The notes under the pieces: generated by a model
The model's database searches: none
Told to the model about the DNA's origin: nothing
What the model saw: the letters and a program-made list of their open reading frames with translations, nothing else
Assembly (NCBI GenBank): GCA_951406725.2
Contig: OX597817.1
Coordinates: forward strand, 558,001 to 622,000
Source: Octopus vulgaris
Taxonomy: Eukaryota
Direction: 5' to 3'
DNA length: 64,000 nucleotides
Program-made: the position numbers and the translations under genes
Shown here: piece after piece, positions 1 to 11,820 of the stretch
How positions within the stretch are numbered: the stretch's first letter is position 1
Layout of the letters: the number at the start of each line of letters is the position of its first letter

Positions 1-621
1 ATGAAGGCACTTAGTACACTCTTCTATAAAGTGGTTAATATTAGGAAGGGCACCCAACCATAGAAACCATGCTAAAACAGACATGGAGCCCAGGTAGCTC
101 TCCAACTGGCCAGCTCCTGTCAATCCATCCAACCTATGCCAGCAAGGAAAACAGACGTTAAATGATGATGAAGATTCATTCATTCACACATACACACTCA
201 AACACACACACCAGTGCATGCGCACATACACACATACATACACACATATAGTATTTTTAGTTTCTGTCTACTAAATCTACTCACGAGGCCTTGGTTGGCC
301 CTAGGATATAGTCGAAGGTACTTGCCCAAGGTACATATCCCTGCCTGTATATGTATGTGTATCTGTATGACTTAAAGGTTTGGTCGCTGCTTAGTTACAT
401 ATTTAGGAGTTGGTTATAGATTTACGTATTGAATTTATTTACTGATACTTAGTGTTGTTGACACTGCCGGATTTAGTGGTACTGCCCAGGTGTCGAAACC
501 ATAATGATATCTTTGGGGCAGCTGATGATGGAGGTATGTTGGATTGTTGGTATGGTTGTTTTGATATATGTGGAACTGTATTATAACACATCCTTTTGAC
601 ATACATACACACACACACACT

Positions 622-655
<34 letters not shown>

Positions 656-1295
656 GGCAAATGAAAGACGGAAGATGGAATATACTAGAATTTCTTATCA
701 ATCATGACAATTGTTTCAACACATCTAGCATTGATCCCCTATGGGATATATGTACATATACATTTATAATCCAAGAATGTAAAGAACAGAAAAGGTAAAT
801 AAAGACTACATATATTTCATAGTTATTTGTTTACATAACTTTTAACATATGCAAAACCCATTTAAGCTAGCTATTTCTCAAGTCCAATTACTTTCGAGTT
901 GTTTATATCATCATGTGGAGATGAAAAAATGATTCACCGATTTCACAAATATTGTTTAGCTGTGAACCATGTAGTCTTTGTTTATCTTTCCTATTCCTGA
1001 CATTCTCACATTTTTATTCACATATTCAGCAATTTTAGTTGTTAAGCCATGAGTTGTATATTGACCACCAGCCTATCAAAATTCCCATTGATTTCAATAT
1101 GAGACAAAATGTACAACATACAATGGTTATTAAACTCTCCTTATCATATATTGTCCACCTTTTGTCATCTATCTAAACTGTGTACATGCTTGGAACTTAC
1201 TAACTTCCTATACCAGGATCTTTCGGATCCTACTACCCTATAACTATATACATTTAAATATACTTTTTATTAAAGCTTCAAAAACATCAGAACAC

Positions 1296-1335
1296 ACTGC
1301 TACTCAGAGTTTCATGTTCCCATTCATCAGACAGT
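1296..1335 (-). ncRNA. Minimal type-I hammerhead ribozyme motif
   Basis: Minus strand reads ACUGU-CUGAUGA-AUG(GGAA)CAU-GAAA-CUCUGAG-UA-GCAGU: intact core, 5-bp stem I, 3-bp stem II, quasi-palindromic stem III, GUA site. Confidence 0.7.
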
Positions 1336-1544
1336 TAGGATCAAGACTTGATCACAACTATCCAACGAATGAGAACTTGGATTTCTGAGTCATGCTTTTT
1401 CTGATGTTTTTGCCTCTTTAATAAAGAGCTTATTATTCTACCTTCAGTATTCGAGTACTATTATTTCCACCTTGTTTTGCATTTATGTGCTTACTTGTGT
1501 GTACATTTAAATATATACATATATAACATTTATATATGTAAATA

Positions 1545-1792
1545 CTAGCTGGTATACCCAGTACTTCCCGGGAGTGAAGATGTTCTATTGAAACGCCTTA
1601 TTACTCTGATATAAGAAAGAAAGTTCATTATAACTGCCACAAAAGATGCATTTTCTGTCGCAAAAAAGTACAAAAAATTGTCAGCTGGAGGAGGGAGAGA
1701 TTGTTGGAGGTTGGCAAGAAAGTACTCTGACTCATCTTGGCATTTTAAAGGTGAACTTAATAAAGGCTAATTTATTAAAGGTAATCTATAGA
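1545..1792 (-). mobile_element. Non-autonomous Helitron
   Basis: On the minus strand: A|TC start, subterminal CCCGGGAAGTACTGGG hairpin, CTAG|T end. Confidence 0.55.
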
Positions 1793-1856
1793 TGTAATAT
1801 ATATGTATATAAATATATGAATGAAGTGTTTATATATATATATATATGACAGATTG

Positions 1857-2035
1857 CTAATCACTACACATTCTTTATTTTCTCTCTTTGTTTCTTTCTG
1901 TGTTTCTTTCTGTGGAAGAGCATAGGCTCGAAACATTAAAGACTTTTTCACTTCCTGAGTGTTAAACTAATACATCTGTTTGTTGTCTTACAGCACCTGT
2001 CTTGGTCTTTTGTTTTTTTTTGTGAATTCTCCCTA
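1857..2035 (+). repeat. Penelope pLTR-like repeat with variant hammerhead-like motif (1905-1942)
   Basis: TCTTT-CTGTGGA-A-GAGC(ATAG)GCTC-GAAA-CATT-AAAGA. A second copy is inverted at about 44925-45058. Flanked by (TA)n. Confidence 0.5.
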
Positions 2036-2184
2036 TATATATTTATGTACATATGTACATCTATGAGTGTGTGTCTTTCTATCTGTGTTTGTATGTCCCC
2101 CACCACCACCACTACTTGACGACTGGTGTGGGTGTGTTTGCATTCCTGTAATTTAGCAGTTTAGCAAATACGATTGGTAGTATA

Positions 2185-3063
2185 CGTGGTCTGATAAATA
2201 AGTATCTGGGCTGTTGCTATAATAACAAAGCTAAAGCACACAGTGTAACACCACTTGGCACAGATTAACCTTGAACTCTGCTCTGCATGCACACTAAGTT
2301 TTAATGTTCTAGCTCAATTCTGCTGTTTACAGCAATACTTGGAAGGAAGGTGTGTAACATGTGATTGTTGCACTGATGATGACAGAGAAAGTTGAGCAGA
2401 AGATCTGCATCAAATTTTGCCAAAAACTTGGTGATAGCTGCTCAGAGGCCTATGCAAAGTTTTCAAAAAATTTTATTGTTCTTGACACAATCAAGGTCTT
2501 GTGTAACTGAAACCCAAGTGTCTTTTTGGTCAGCTGAGAGCAGTTTTGGCACAAACTTGGCAGACATGCATCTCATATCCAAATCTTCAGTGATAATGGA
2601 CTGAACTGAACTGTAACTAATCTGCACATCTTCTGATAACTCACAGATGGTGATTCGATGATTTCTCCTCACAGCTGCACACATACATCTGTGATGTTTT
2701 TCTCAGTTCTGTTGGTTATGGGTCTCTCAGAACGTTCGTCAATATTGACATTTTTTCGGCCATCTTGGAAACGTCTGAACCACTTGTACACTTGTGTGCA
2801 GCTCATACACTTTCTGCTACTTTGTGCAGGCCTCTGAGCAGGTATCGCCATGACAACTTTCTCTGTCATGGTCAATGCGATGATCATATGCTACACACCT
2901 TCCTTCCAAGCACTGCTGTAAACAGCAGAAGTAAACTAGAACGTTAAAACTTAGTGCAAATGCACAGCAGAGTTCAAGGTCAATCTTTGCTAAGCAGCTT
3001 CACTCTGTGTGCTTTAGTTTCGTTACTATGGCAACAGTCTGGATACTTATTGTTCAGACCTCG
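2185..3063. mobile_element. Fold-back mariner derivative (two 5' ends head-to-head) nested in a SINE
   Basis: TA...TA flanks and about 270-bp inverted arms, each with the transposase start (MTEKV). The minus arm continues to VYKWFRRFQDGR and SAKFVPKLLSADQK. Confidence 0.8.
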
Positions 3064-3329
3064 TAAGTACCTAGCTTAAAACAGAAGTACTAGAGTTGAT
3101 TCATTCAGCTAAAAGTTCAAGGTGGTGCCCCAGCATGGCTGCAGTCTAATGACTGGAACAAGTAAATGATAAAATATAATGGTTGAGAGAGAGCCAAGTG
3201 AAAGTATTATAACATCTACATCTCCGTGTCTATGGCTATCATAATTATACTCGTAACTTTTATGCTAGCATGAGTTGAGCAGGTTCTGTCAACAGTTCTT
3301 CACCACCAATCATAGTGTTTTGTCATCTC

Positions 3330-4620
3330 CTTTGTGGGGTTGGTCTTGAGATTGGTCTTCACCTCTTCGTCACATGACTTCCTTGATTTCACAAGGGGAG
3401 GAGGTGATGATACTGATTTCAAGCAGCTGGAGAAAAAGACAGGAGGAAGTAATGAATATCTATCTCAAGGGGCTGAACCTCAATCTGGCAATATCTCACC
3501 TGCCATTATTTTCTATCCCATGTTTTCCACAAAGCTCAGATCTTCTCATTCATTTTCAAGTTGGAACATGCCACTTCAACAGCTTTTCTCATTCTTTTCT
3601 GTCAACACTATTGGATGAGTAACAATGAAATCCTCACAATTCCATAGTAATGCATGGCAGTAGGCTTTTACTCCTTTAAACTCCACCACCAGTGATGTCA
3701 ATGACAGATGGAGTTAGCTTTTTTTTCAACTCTTGTGAAAGATATTTCATGTCCTTTGAGTGGCTTTAAAAGCCTGAGCAAAATGACGTGTGAGTAACAT
3801 TTCATCTTGAACTTAGATGCTATTGTCTATGGCTCAGCTTGGCCTCAAGCCCAGTATCTTGGCAACATTTATGGATACAGTGTAGACACAACTAAAACTC
3901 TTAACTGTCTGCGTCTTGATAACTAGAATCTACTCCACCTCTGTTTTAAAGTGCATTATGATTAGACTGCAAATTCTTTTGGTTTTGATATTGTTATGTC
4001 GCACGTTCGGATGCCTTCTACTCAACTCTACTCCAACTGCTACTACTCTACTGTGCTCTTCATCTACTACTTTACTGAGGTCTAGGCTTTTCCCTCTATA
4101 TCTACATATTGGGCTAGCCTACTTCATCGTCTGGAGGCATCCACACAACAGACATGCACACAACATTGCTAGAATATCATATCCAATTGGACTAAAATAG
4201 GTTTTGCCTCTGTCCTTGTTTTTACTAGTGCAGCAATATTGTCATTAAAAGTTGGAGGGAGTACCAGTTGTCTTTCGTTTTTCATCCCTTGTGAGAAGCT
4301 TCTTACCCATTTCAATACCTGCACCATAGCCATAACAAAAAGTAGTGGTGAAATTGTATACGCCATTACAATGTCGGTCTCTAGTGCTTGCAAGTTGTCC
4401 ATGAATTTCTTGGTGATAAATTAACATGAATATCGAACTAAAGTAGCACATTACAAATTCTTTTGCACATTCCAGCAGGAAAAGATTACATGAGCACAAA
4501 TACATATGGATTTTCCAAGTGAAGTCATATGTCACATCAATGTAGAAAAATAGTGCCCTAGAATTTCCAGACACTCTTGAGTGCAGTCATATGGAATGAA
4601 TTTCCTTCTGATTGATTTAC
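3330..4620 (-). mobile_element. Decayed non-LTR retrotransposon, HERO/RLE-clade-like
   Basis: Fragmentary translations LETDIVMAYTISPLLFVMAM...LVLPP and LSLTSLVVEFKGVKA, with many frameshifts. Confidence 0.45.
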
Positions 4621-4698
4621 CCATAGCAACAAATATTCATGTTCCAACATATATATATGTATATATACAAAACATCACCATCAAGATACAAGATCAGA

Positions 4699-4977
4699 TA
4701 ATAATAATGAAATTAATTGTATACAGTGCTCAGGTGCACCACAACTTGTCAGAAAGTGCGTATAAAGTACATGCAGTAATGTAGAAATGTCTGGAAAGCG
4801 AACAGAACAATGTATGAGTCAGATACATGCTTGTGTGTGTATGGAGGGGAGAAAATCAGGTGTAGTGTTGGCGAATCTCAGGAAGCATGGAAGTTTTGAA
4901 GGATGCAGTGCTCCGACAACTAACAACTGATGCCGGCAGTTTGTTCCATGCTTCAGCAACTCTCAGCGTGAAAAAAA
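4699..4977 (-). mobile_element. 3' end of CR1-like LINE (sister subfamily of the 14330-16762 element)
   Basis: FFTLRVAEAWNKLPASVVSCRSTASFKTSMLPEIRQHYT*, the shared GTGCACCTGAGCACTGTA 3' motif and an (ATT)n tail. Confidence 0.85.
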
Positions 4978-5295
4978 GATACTGCAACAGCTTGGGTTTC
5001 AAGGATCCACACAGCTCTTTCAATATCCTCCTCTTCAATATTCTCCCAAAAAGTCTGAAAGACCTAAATGGTGGAGATGTAGATATCTTCAAAACAAACC
5101 TGGATCTCCACTTGTCATGAGTCCCATATAAACCTACCTTGCAGCAAGAAATGCAAATTAGGGGAACAACACCAACTCCCCTTTTCACCAAATGCCACGT
5201 ATAGGAGGAGATTTACAAGTGATTAAAGTGTAATAAAACTAATGGCAGTGCCCTAGCATAACTGCAGCTCTCAAGCTTCAACTAATAAAAGAATA
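4975..5295 (+). mobile_element. 3' end of second LINE family (related to 32420-33535)
   Basis: RYCNSLGFK...FNILPKSLKDLNGGDVDIFKTNLDL, then the GGCAGTGCCCTAGCAT tail. Confidence 0.8.
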
Positions 5296-5574
5296 CTACA
5301 TACATATACATATAATATATGTATATATATGTGAATTAAAGTTCGTCTATACTTACAATTTTTCCTTTCCTTATACTTTATTATATGTATATATATAAAT
5401 TGAAGACCCTGCATCAGTATTATAGTAGGGTCACTAATCAGTGAAGTAGAAACATGTGTAGGTCTATTTGCAGCACTATATATAAAAAGGAATTAACGGT
5501 AATGCTAATATTACCTTGTAAGCATCATCATCATCATCGTCATAATCCTCATTTCCAATCAGATTTGGCAATGT

Positions 5575-6461
5575 TCAGCAAATATGGTGGGTGGGGCATC
5601 GTTTCCCATTCAGACTGCTCCACCCTTTGGAATGTCATCCTCACTGTATTGGCCAAGCATTATCCTGATGGAAGAACACCTTTGGTCTTGAAACCAAAGG
5701 TGGTCGTTTTTCTTCTAGCACTGACTTAAGCCACTCAAAGCTGCTCACAATTGATATCCTTTGTTATTGTTTGGTTTGGGTTTAAAAGCTCAAAGTGGAC
5801 TAAACCTTTCATATCCCACCAAACAGATAACAACATCTTATGTGGGTGAAGACCTTCTTTAGCTTGGGGTGTCGGTGTTTCTCCTTTCCCTACTAACTGT
5901 CTTCGGCACTTGACATTTTTACAGAGAACCCATTTCTCATCATCAACCACTATTCAGTCCAAAAAAGGTTAATTCGTGAGATGTGACAGCAAAGTAGAGC
6001 ACATGATTAGACTTGGAAAGTTTATGAGGCACCCATTGACCCAGTTTTCTGACTTTTCCGATGTTACGCAGGTGTTGATGAATGGCTGAATGACTAAATC
6101 CAAGCTTCTCTGTTAGTTCCTCAACAGTTACAATGGGATTTTGTTCTACCAGAGTTTGCAGGATGTCCTCATCAAGCTCCTACAGATCTTCCAGGATGAA
6201 ACTCATTTTCTATGCTGTAGTCTCAGGCTCAGAATTTCTGGAACCACCGTTGACACTGGCTTACGCTTATTGTCTGATCCCCATAGACTGCATTGATATT
6301 CCTCACACTTTCCGTTGCATTGTTGCCTTTATTGAACTCATAAAGCAAAATATGCTGAATATGCTCCTTTGTCACTTCCATTATAGCCTTGTCCCATCCC
6401 TGCTGACTTTTATTTCATGCAATTGAAAAAAAAACCGCATTATTTATGGAATGACCCCATA
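5575..6461 (-). mobile_element. Decayed mariner (Mos1/Hsmar-like) transposase
   Basis: DEKWVL...KEGLHPHKMLLSVWWDMKGLVHFELLNPNQTIT. TIR-like TATGGGGTCATTCCATAAATAATGCGG at the right end. Confidence 0.8.
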
Positions 6462-6653
6462 CGTGTCTACCTCAATAATGTTGGTGGCACTGAAAAAAAA
6501 CACTCAGTACATACCGTAAAATAGTTGACCAAAGCCTTGAGAGTGGATTTAGCAGATGAAAACTGAAAGAAGTCTGATACACACACTCACACACACACAC
6601 AAACAAACAATAGCTGGCAAGACTACAAATCCCAAGATATTGAATTTTTCAAG

Positions 6654-6701
<48 letters not shown>

Positions 6702-7410
6702 ATTATGTATTGTTGAATTGATTCACAAGTTAGAAAAAAGAGCACACCCAATATAAAGTCACGGAGTAGGTATCATTTTAAAACACTTTAAATTAAGATC
6801 AACTCTCAGCCAAGATTATTTATCTGACAATTTCATATGAAATCATGTTCTTCTAATCAGAAAGTTTACTAAACACAAACACACACACACACAGAGTTTT
6901 TCTTTTTCTTTTTGCCCACATTCAGTTCACTGCAGAACGAAGCCCTCAGCATGTTCTCTCCACCAAGGATGATCCAATGTGTAGGTCACGAATTTGAGCC
7001 TGAGATCATAATGGTTTCAGGGTGGCAAATGGTAGAATTGTTACCACACCGGGTGAAATGCTTAGTCGTATTTCGTTTGTCCTAACGTTCTGAGGTCGAC
7101 TTTGCCTTTCATCTTTCCAGGGTCGATAAAATAAGTACCAGTTGAGTACTGGGGTCGATGTAATGGACTTAACTACTCCTGGGTGTGAGTATAAAAACTG
7201 TACGCCTCTGCCAAGCCATGTTGCGCCAGTGTCATCAAACCAAACCAATATGATTATATGTCTATGCATATTGGCGTTAGGAAGGGCATCCACCCGTAGA
7301 ATCCATACCGAAACAAATAGGAGCCTGAACAGCCCTTCAGGTCTTCAGCTGGTCAGTTTCTGTCAGTCGGGCCAACCCATGACAGCATAGAAAACGGACA
7401 TTGATGCTGC

Positions 7411-7442
<32 letters not shown>

Positions 7443-7680
7443 ATGATGGTGGTGGTGATGATATGTGTGTGTGTGTGTGTGTTTGGGAACGAGATAAAGA
7501 AGAATGATTATATGGTATTATTAATCTCTTGATGCCTTAATCCTCATCAAGATTATCAATGTATAATACACCGCCTCCATATCCAATAAGTGGCCCTGAC
7601 TGAATAATACCTATACAGTTTGTAAGAACCACAAGGTTGCAGTTTTCAAGAGCTTAAGTAGTGACAGAAAGAGATTTGAC

Positions 7681-7696
7681 ATACATACACACATAC

Positions 7697-7775
<79 letters not shown>

Positions 7776-7860
7776 ATGTATGTATATATATATGTATGTA
7801 TGTGTGTATGTATGTATATATGTATGTATATATATATGTATGTATGTATGTATGTATATG
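7681..7860. repeat. (TACA)n-(TA)n-(TATG)n microsatellite
   Basis: Direct inspection. Confidence 0.95.
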
Positions 7861-9004
7861 AATCTGTTGCACAGAACCTAGCCGGATAATACGTGAATAT
7901 GACGTCTGACGAATTACTCTTTATAACACCTTAACGTTAATTGATCAGAAATAGCGAAATAGTAAGGGAGGTAACTCTAACTATACTGACGCGGAAGTGC
8001 AAGTCGTATGTATGCTCGGGCTATTAGAAACAGCAGTCAAATCTCTTTCTGTCACTACTTAAGCTCTTGAAAACTGCAACCTTGTGGTTCTTACAAACTG
8101 TCCGTGGAAAAATATCGGATGGTCACTATTGAAATATCTTAAATTATAGGTCTATTCGATCTTGTCTGACCTAAGATAAATAACAATTAAGAGGCTGTGA
8201 AACAAAATCCTTCAGTGTATTTTTAAGTTTTCAGCTATCGACTTTGATTCTATCTTTCCTGGATTGACAAAATAGATATCAACTATAAACAGAGGTTGGT
8301 TATTATAATGTATTCTAAATTTTAAGGAAACTATAACAGATAGAAAAGAAGTCTTTACATTGCATTCTTTCGAAAATTAAGAAACAGTCAGGTATTTAGA
8401 TTGAATTAATAGACTCTAAATGCTGAATTGTAGTCGTATGCTTAAATAGACTTTTGACACAGGTAGAAGATCTCAAATTAGGGCTGCAATAATTTTTAAA
8501 GACAATTTCGTGCCACACTACAAGTCGGCATCCCTTTATTTCTTTTTTCTTTCTTTTCTTTTCTGTTTTTCTTTTCTTCCTTGGAGGATTGCTAGCTCTT
8601 CCATTTCTTGGAGGAAATGGGTACAATGAATGGTTCTCCACGATTTTGAGAGTGAAGAAACGACTCCTATAATTGAATAGTTCTTTATTATCAAGCATTC
8701 GAAGAAGGTCGGAAGATACAACGACCGAAATGTTATGATTTAAAGCAATCAAGACGACAGCTCTGGTCTAAATATATCTGTATTATAATGCTGAAGGCTC
8801 AATTTGCATTTCTGATGATTGATGAATGAGGTTCGATAACTCATAATTAGACGGTCGGGGAAATTCAGAATCAGCCACCGTTCATTTGACTAAACGTTCC
8901 CCTTACAATTGTTCTCTGTGCACAATATGAGGAATCTATATTAGTGAGCGAGCAAGGTAAAAACAAAGCTCTCTGTGAAGTGAATTTTGAGCATGATTTC
9001 TGAG

Positions 9005-9473
9005 AGGGACAAACAAGGACAGACACATGGATTAAGTCGATTACATCGACCCCAGTGCGTAACTGGTACTTATTTAATCGACCCCGAAAAGATGAAAAGC
9101 AAAATCAACCTCGGCAGAATTTGAACTCAGAACATAACGGCAGACGAAATACCGCTAAGCATTTCGCCCGGCGCGCTAACAATTCTGCAAGCTCGCCGCC
9201 CTCAACGTTGATATCTTAATATCTATTTCTTTACTACCCACAAGGGGCTACACACAGAGGGGACAAACAAGGACAGACAAACGGATTAAGTCAAATATAT
9301 CACCCCCAGTGCATAACTGGTACTTAATTTATCGACCCCGAAAGGATGAAAGGCAAAGTCGACCTCGGCGGAATTTGAACTCAGAACGTAACGGCAGACG
9401 AAATACGGCTACGCATTTCACCCGACGTGCTAACGTCTCTGCCAGCTTGCCGCCCTCAACGTTGATATCTTAA
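9005..9473 (-). mobile_element. Two tandem copies of a tRNA-derived SINE (OK-like family)
   Basis: GGCGGCGAGCT...GAGTTCAAATTC head on the minus strand twice, each followed by the same CTCAACGTTGATATCTTAA flank. Confidence 0.8.
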
Positions 9474-9479
9474 AACCGT

Positions 9480-10600
9480 GTCTATTAACGTGTTAGATAC
9501 GTAGTTTTCCCTCACGAATTTCTCGTCCGCGTAACATAGCAATTAAAACCAACTTTCGAATGCCAAAGAACGTTACATGTATCTTCGAATGCATGATTTA
9601 GGAGCGAATTTTATCTAGAACCTTCCCGAGTTTGCAATAACAACCGAACTTAATCGTTTCGTATCTTTTCGTTTGAGTGATTCCAAATAACCTGTGCTAA
9701 AATATGGCAACTTCACCTGTCCGTTGCTTCCTTCTGAGTATGAAAGTGGAAATTTTGCAAACTTCTACGTTCAAACTAAAAAGGTTTTTACCAACTCCTT
9801 TGCAAGGACGTCTTGGATGGTAAGAAGCCTTTCTAACTGTTGAGAAGTATGAAGAGTTGATGTTGTGACAACTTTGTTTTCTACACGCTGCCAGCTAGAT
9901 CACACGATGATGGTCTCCATCACACCCATCACAATTAAACAATCTCCCACGATATTGGTGAAGAAGCATCATCGCGAGAATGGTGAACAAACACTCTTCA
10001 CAACAGATTCAAATTTAGCTGCTATTTCTGGCAGGTGGAACAACCAAGCAAACGTGCAAGCTATTTTAACACCTGTAAGAAAGCAGAGCTCTACCGCAGA
10101 TATTATGGGTAGTTCTTCTTCCAATACTTCTAACGCAGAAGCTCTTCCTCCTCCATCGCAACGTTGTTGGCCAAGCATCTGCCCTCCACATCCATTTTTG
10201 CTATTTCCTCTGAACTAGTGACGTTTCATAAGACAACTAAAGTCAAAATTCAAACTCTGACAGACAGATTCATACAATTGTAATCACCTCGATATTCTGC
10301 CCGTTCGAAATCTCATAGCTGACAGATTTTAATAAATTGATCATTCAGTCTTTGTGAGAGACCTACGATATTCTGTTGGTATCACAACCACTTTGGTGTT
10401 AAGGCACACAGATGCACCCAAAAATGTTCTTTCAAATTAACCACTCAATCGCTGAAAAACGGCAGCGCCAGGAATTAAGCGGGACTACAGCTCTAGGTGC
10501 TCTTGGCGTGTCTTCAATAAGTAGCGTCTACGACACTATTTCCATATATCGGCTTTTGGTAGACACAGAAGCAGCTTACTTGTAAGAAAAGCACTTTCGC
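9480..10600 (-). mobile_element. Highly decayed Ty3/Gypsy pol (RNase H end to integrase) relic
   Basis: Frameshifted pieces LLKSVSYEIS..GQNI, EVLEE, CEEC-(V)HHSRDDASSPISWE, CDLAGSV and ELVKTFFSL follow Gypsy RNase H/integrase motif order. Confidence 0.45.
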
Positions 10601-10876
10601 CATTTCTTGGATAATAATGCGTAGGTTAATGGTTTATCATCAGTATAAACTGATGATAAACCATTAACCTACGCATTACTATCCAAAGCAGATAAATATT
10701 CCCCAAGAGACATTAGACACCTTGATTATATTTCATAGTTTACTGAGGCTATATGTCCTAAGAAGGGTGCTGAACATTTTGCTACAAACCTACTATTTTA
10801 ACCGGAAAAAATCATTTTCTCTTTCTTTCTTTTTTTTTTTCTGCAGTCGCTAAAAAAGAAAAGAAAGGAAAAAGAA

Positions 10877-11257
10877 CTCTTTCCTCTTTTTCTTGTTTCA
10901 GTCATTTGACTGCGGCCATGCCGGAGCAGCGCCTTTAGTCGAGCAAATCGACCCCAGGAATTATTCTTTGTAAGCCCAGTACTTATTCTATCGGTATCTT
11001 TTGCCGAACCGCTAAGTTACGGGGATGTAAACACACCAGCATCGGTTGTCAAGCGATGGGGGGAGGGGGAAACACACACACACATATATACATATACATA
11101 TATACGACGGGCTTCTTTTCAGTTTCCATCTACCAAATCCACTCACAAGGTTTTGGTCGGCCCGAGGCTGTAGTACAAGACACTTGCCCAAGGTGTCACG
11201 CAGTGGGACAGCAACCAGAACCATGTGATTGGTAAGCAAGCTACTTACCACACAACC
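10877..11257 (-). mobile_element. tRNA-derived CORE-type SINE (OR-like)
   Basis: CORE-like CCTTGGGCAAGTGTCTT, central microsatellite and GCATGGCCGCAGTCAAATGACTGAAAC tail. Confidence 0.85.
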
Positions 11258-11259
11258 GA

Positions 11260-11820
11260 TTTGCAAGTCATACATATTTATTGCTGAGTCATTGTTACTT
11301 CTTTTTGCATTTGTGTTGCATATTGCATGCATTTTCATTATTGTGATAATTTGTCTTTCCGTTTACACCGCAAATCACTGGAAGATGACCCTTGCGGAGA
11401 TTTAAACCCCAACCGCAAGATATTCAGATAAGCATCACGATTGAGCCATTCATTCATGATGTACCAGCTCACCTTCAACAAGACACAACGCAGTTCTTTC
11501 TTCCCAGTCGGCGGTTATATTATCAGCCTCTTTCGTTTGTAAACAACCATCATCGTAGGCCATGTCATGTCCAGCATATGTTAAGAGTTAAGTTTGTAAA
11601 TTTGCTTCATTTTTTATACGCGCGATGATGGCCACCACATCCATCACAATCAAACAATCTCCCACATGATATCTGTGAAGAAGCATCATCGTGGGAATGG
11701 TGAACAAACTCTTCACAAGAGGCATATTTGGCTGTTATTTCTTGCAGATGAAGCAACAAAGCAGAGGCTTTCTCGTGGGCTCATTAGAACCAGCCCTTAT
11801 AATATGCTTTTTACAATAGG
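11260..11820 (-). mobile_element. Second decayed Gypsy integrase relic
   Basis: 11623-11763 aligns by eye to 9905-10050. Translates LLHLQEITAKYASCEEFVHHSHDDASSQIS. Confidence 0.4.

Noticed and set aside
6920-7010. Exon-like segment on either strand
   Set aside because: Better explained as a decayed RTE-type LINE C-terminus. No partner exons.
7537-7610. Minus-strand peptide IIQSGPLIGYGGGVLYIDNLDED* after an AG
   Set aside because: Too short, unrecognised, and without a phase-compatible upstream exon.
10574-10606. Minus-strand ATG GCG...CAA|gtaagc resembling a first exon (MAKVLFLQ)
   Set aside because: It lies at the edge of a probable Gypsy relic, and no compatible downstream exon chain was found.
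11290-11400. Kazal-like PVICGVNGKTNY on the minus strand
   Set aside because: Cysteine spacing is wrong, stops surround it, and it is inside a likely retroelement relic.
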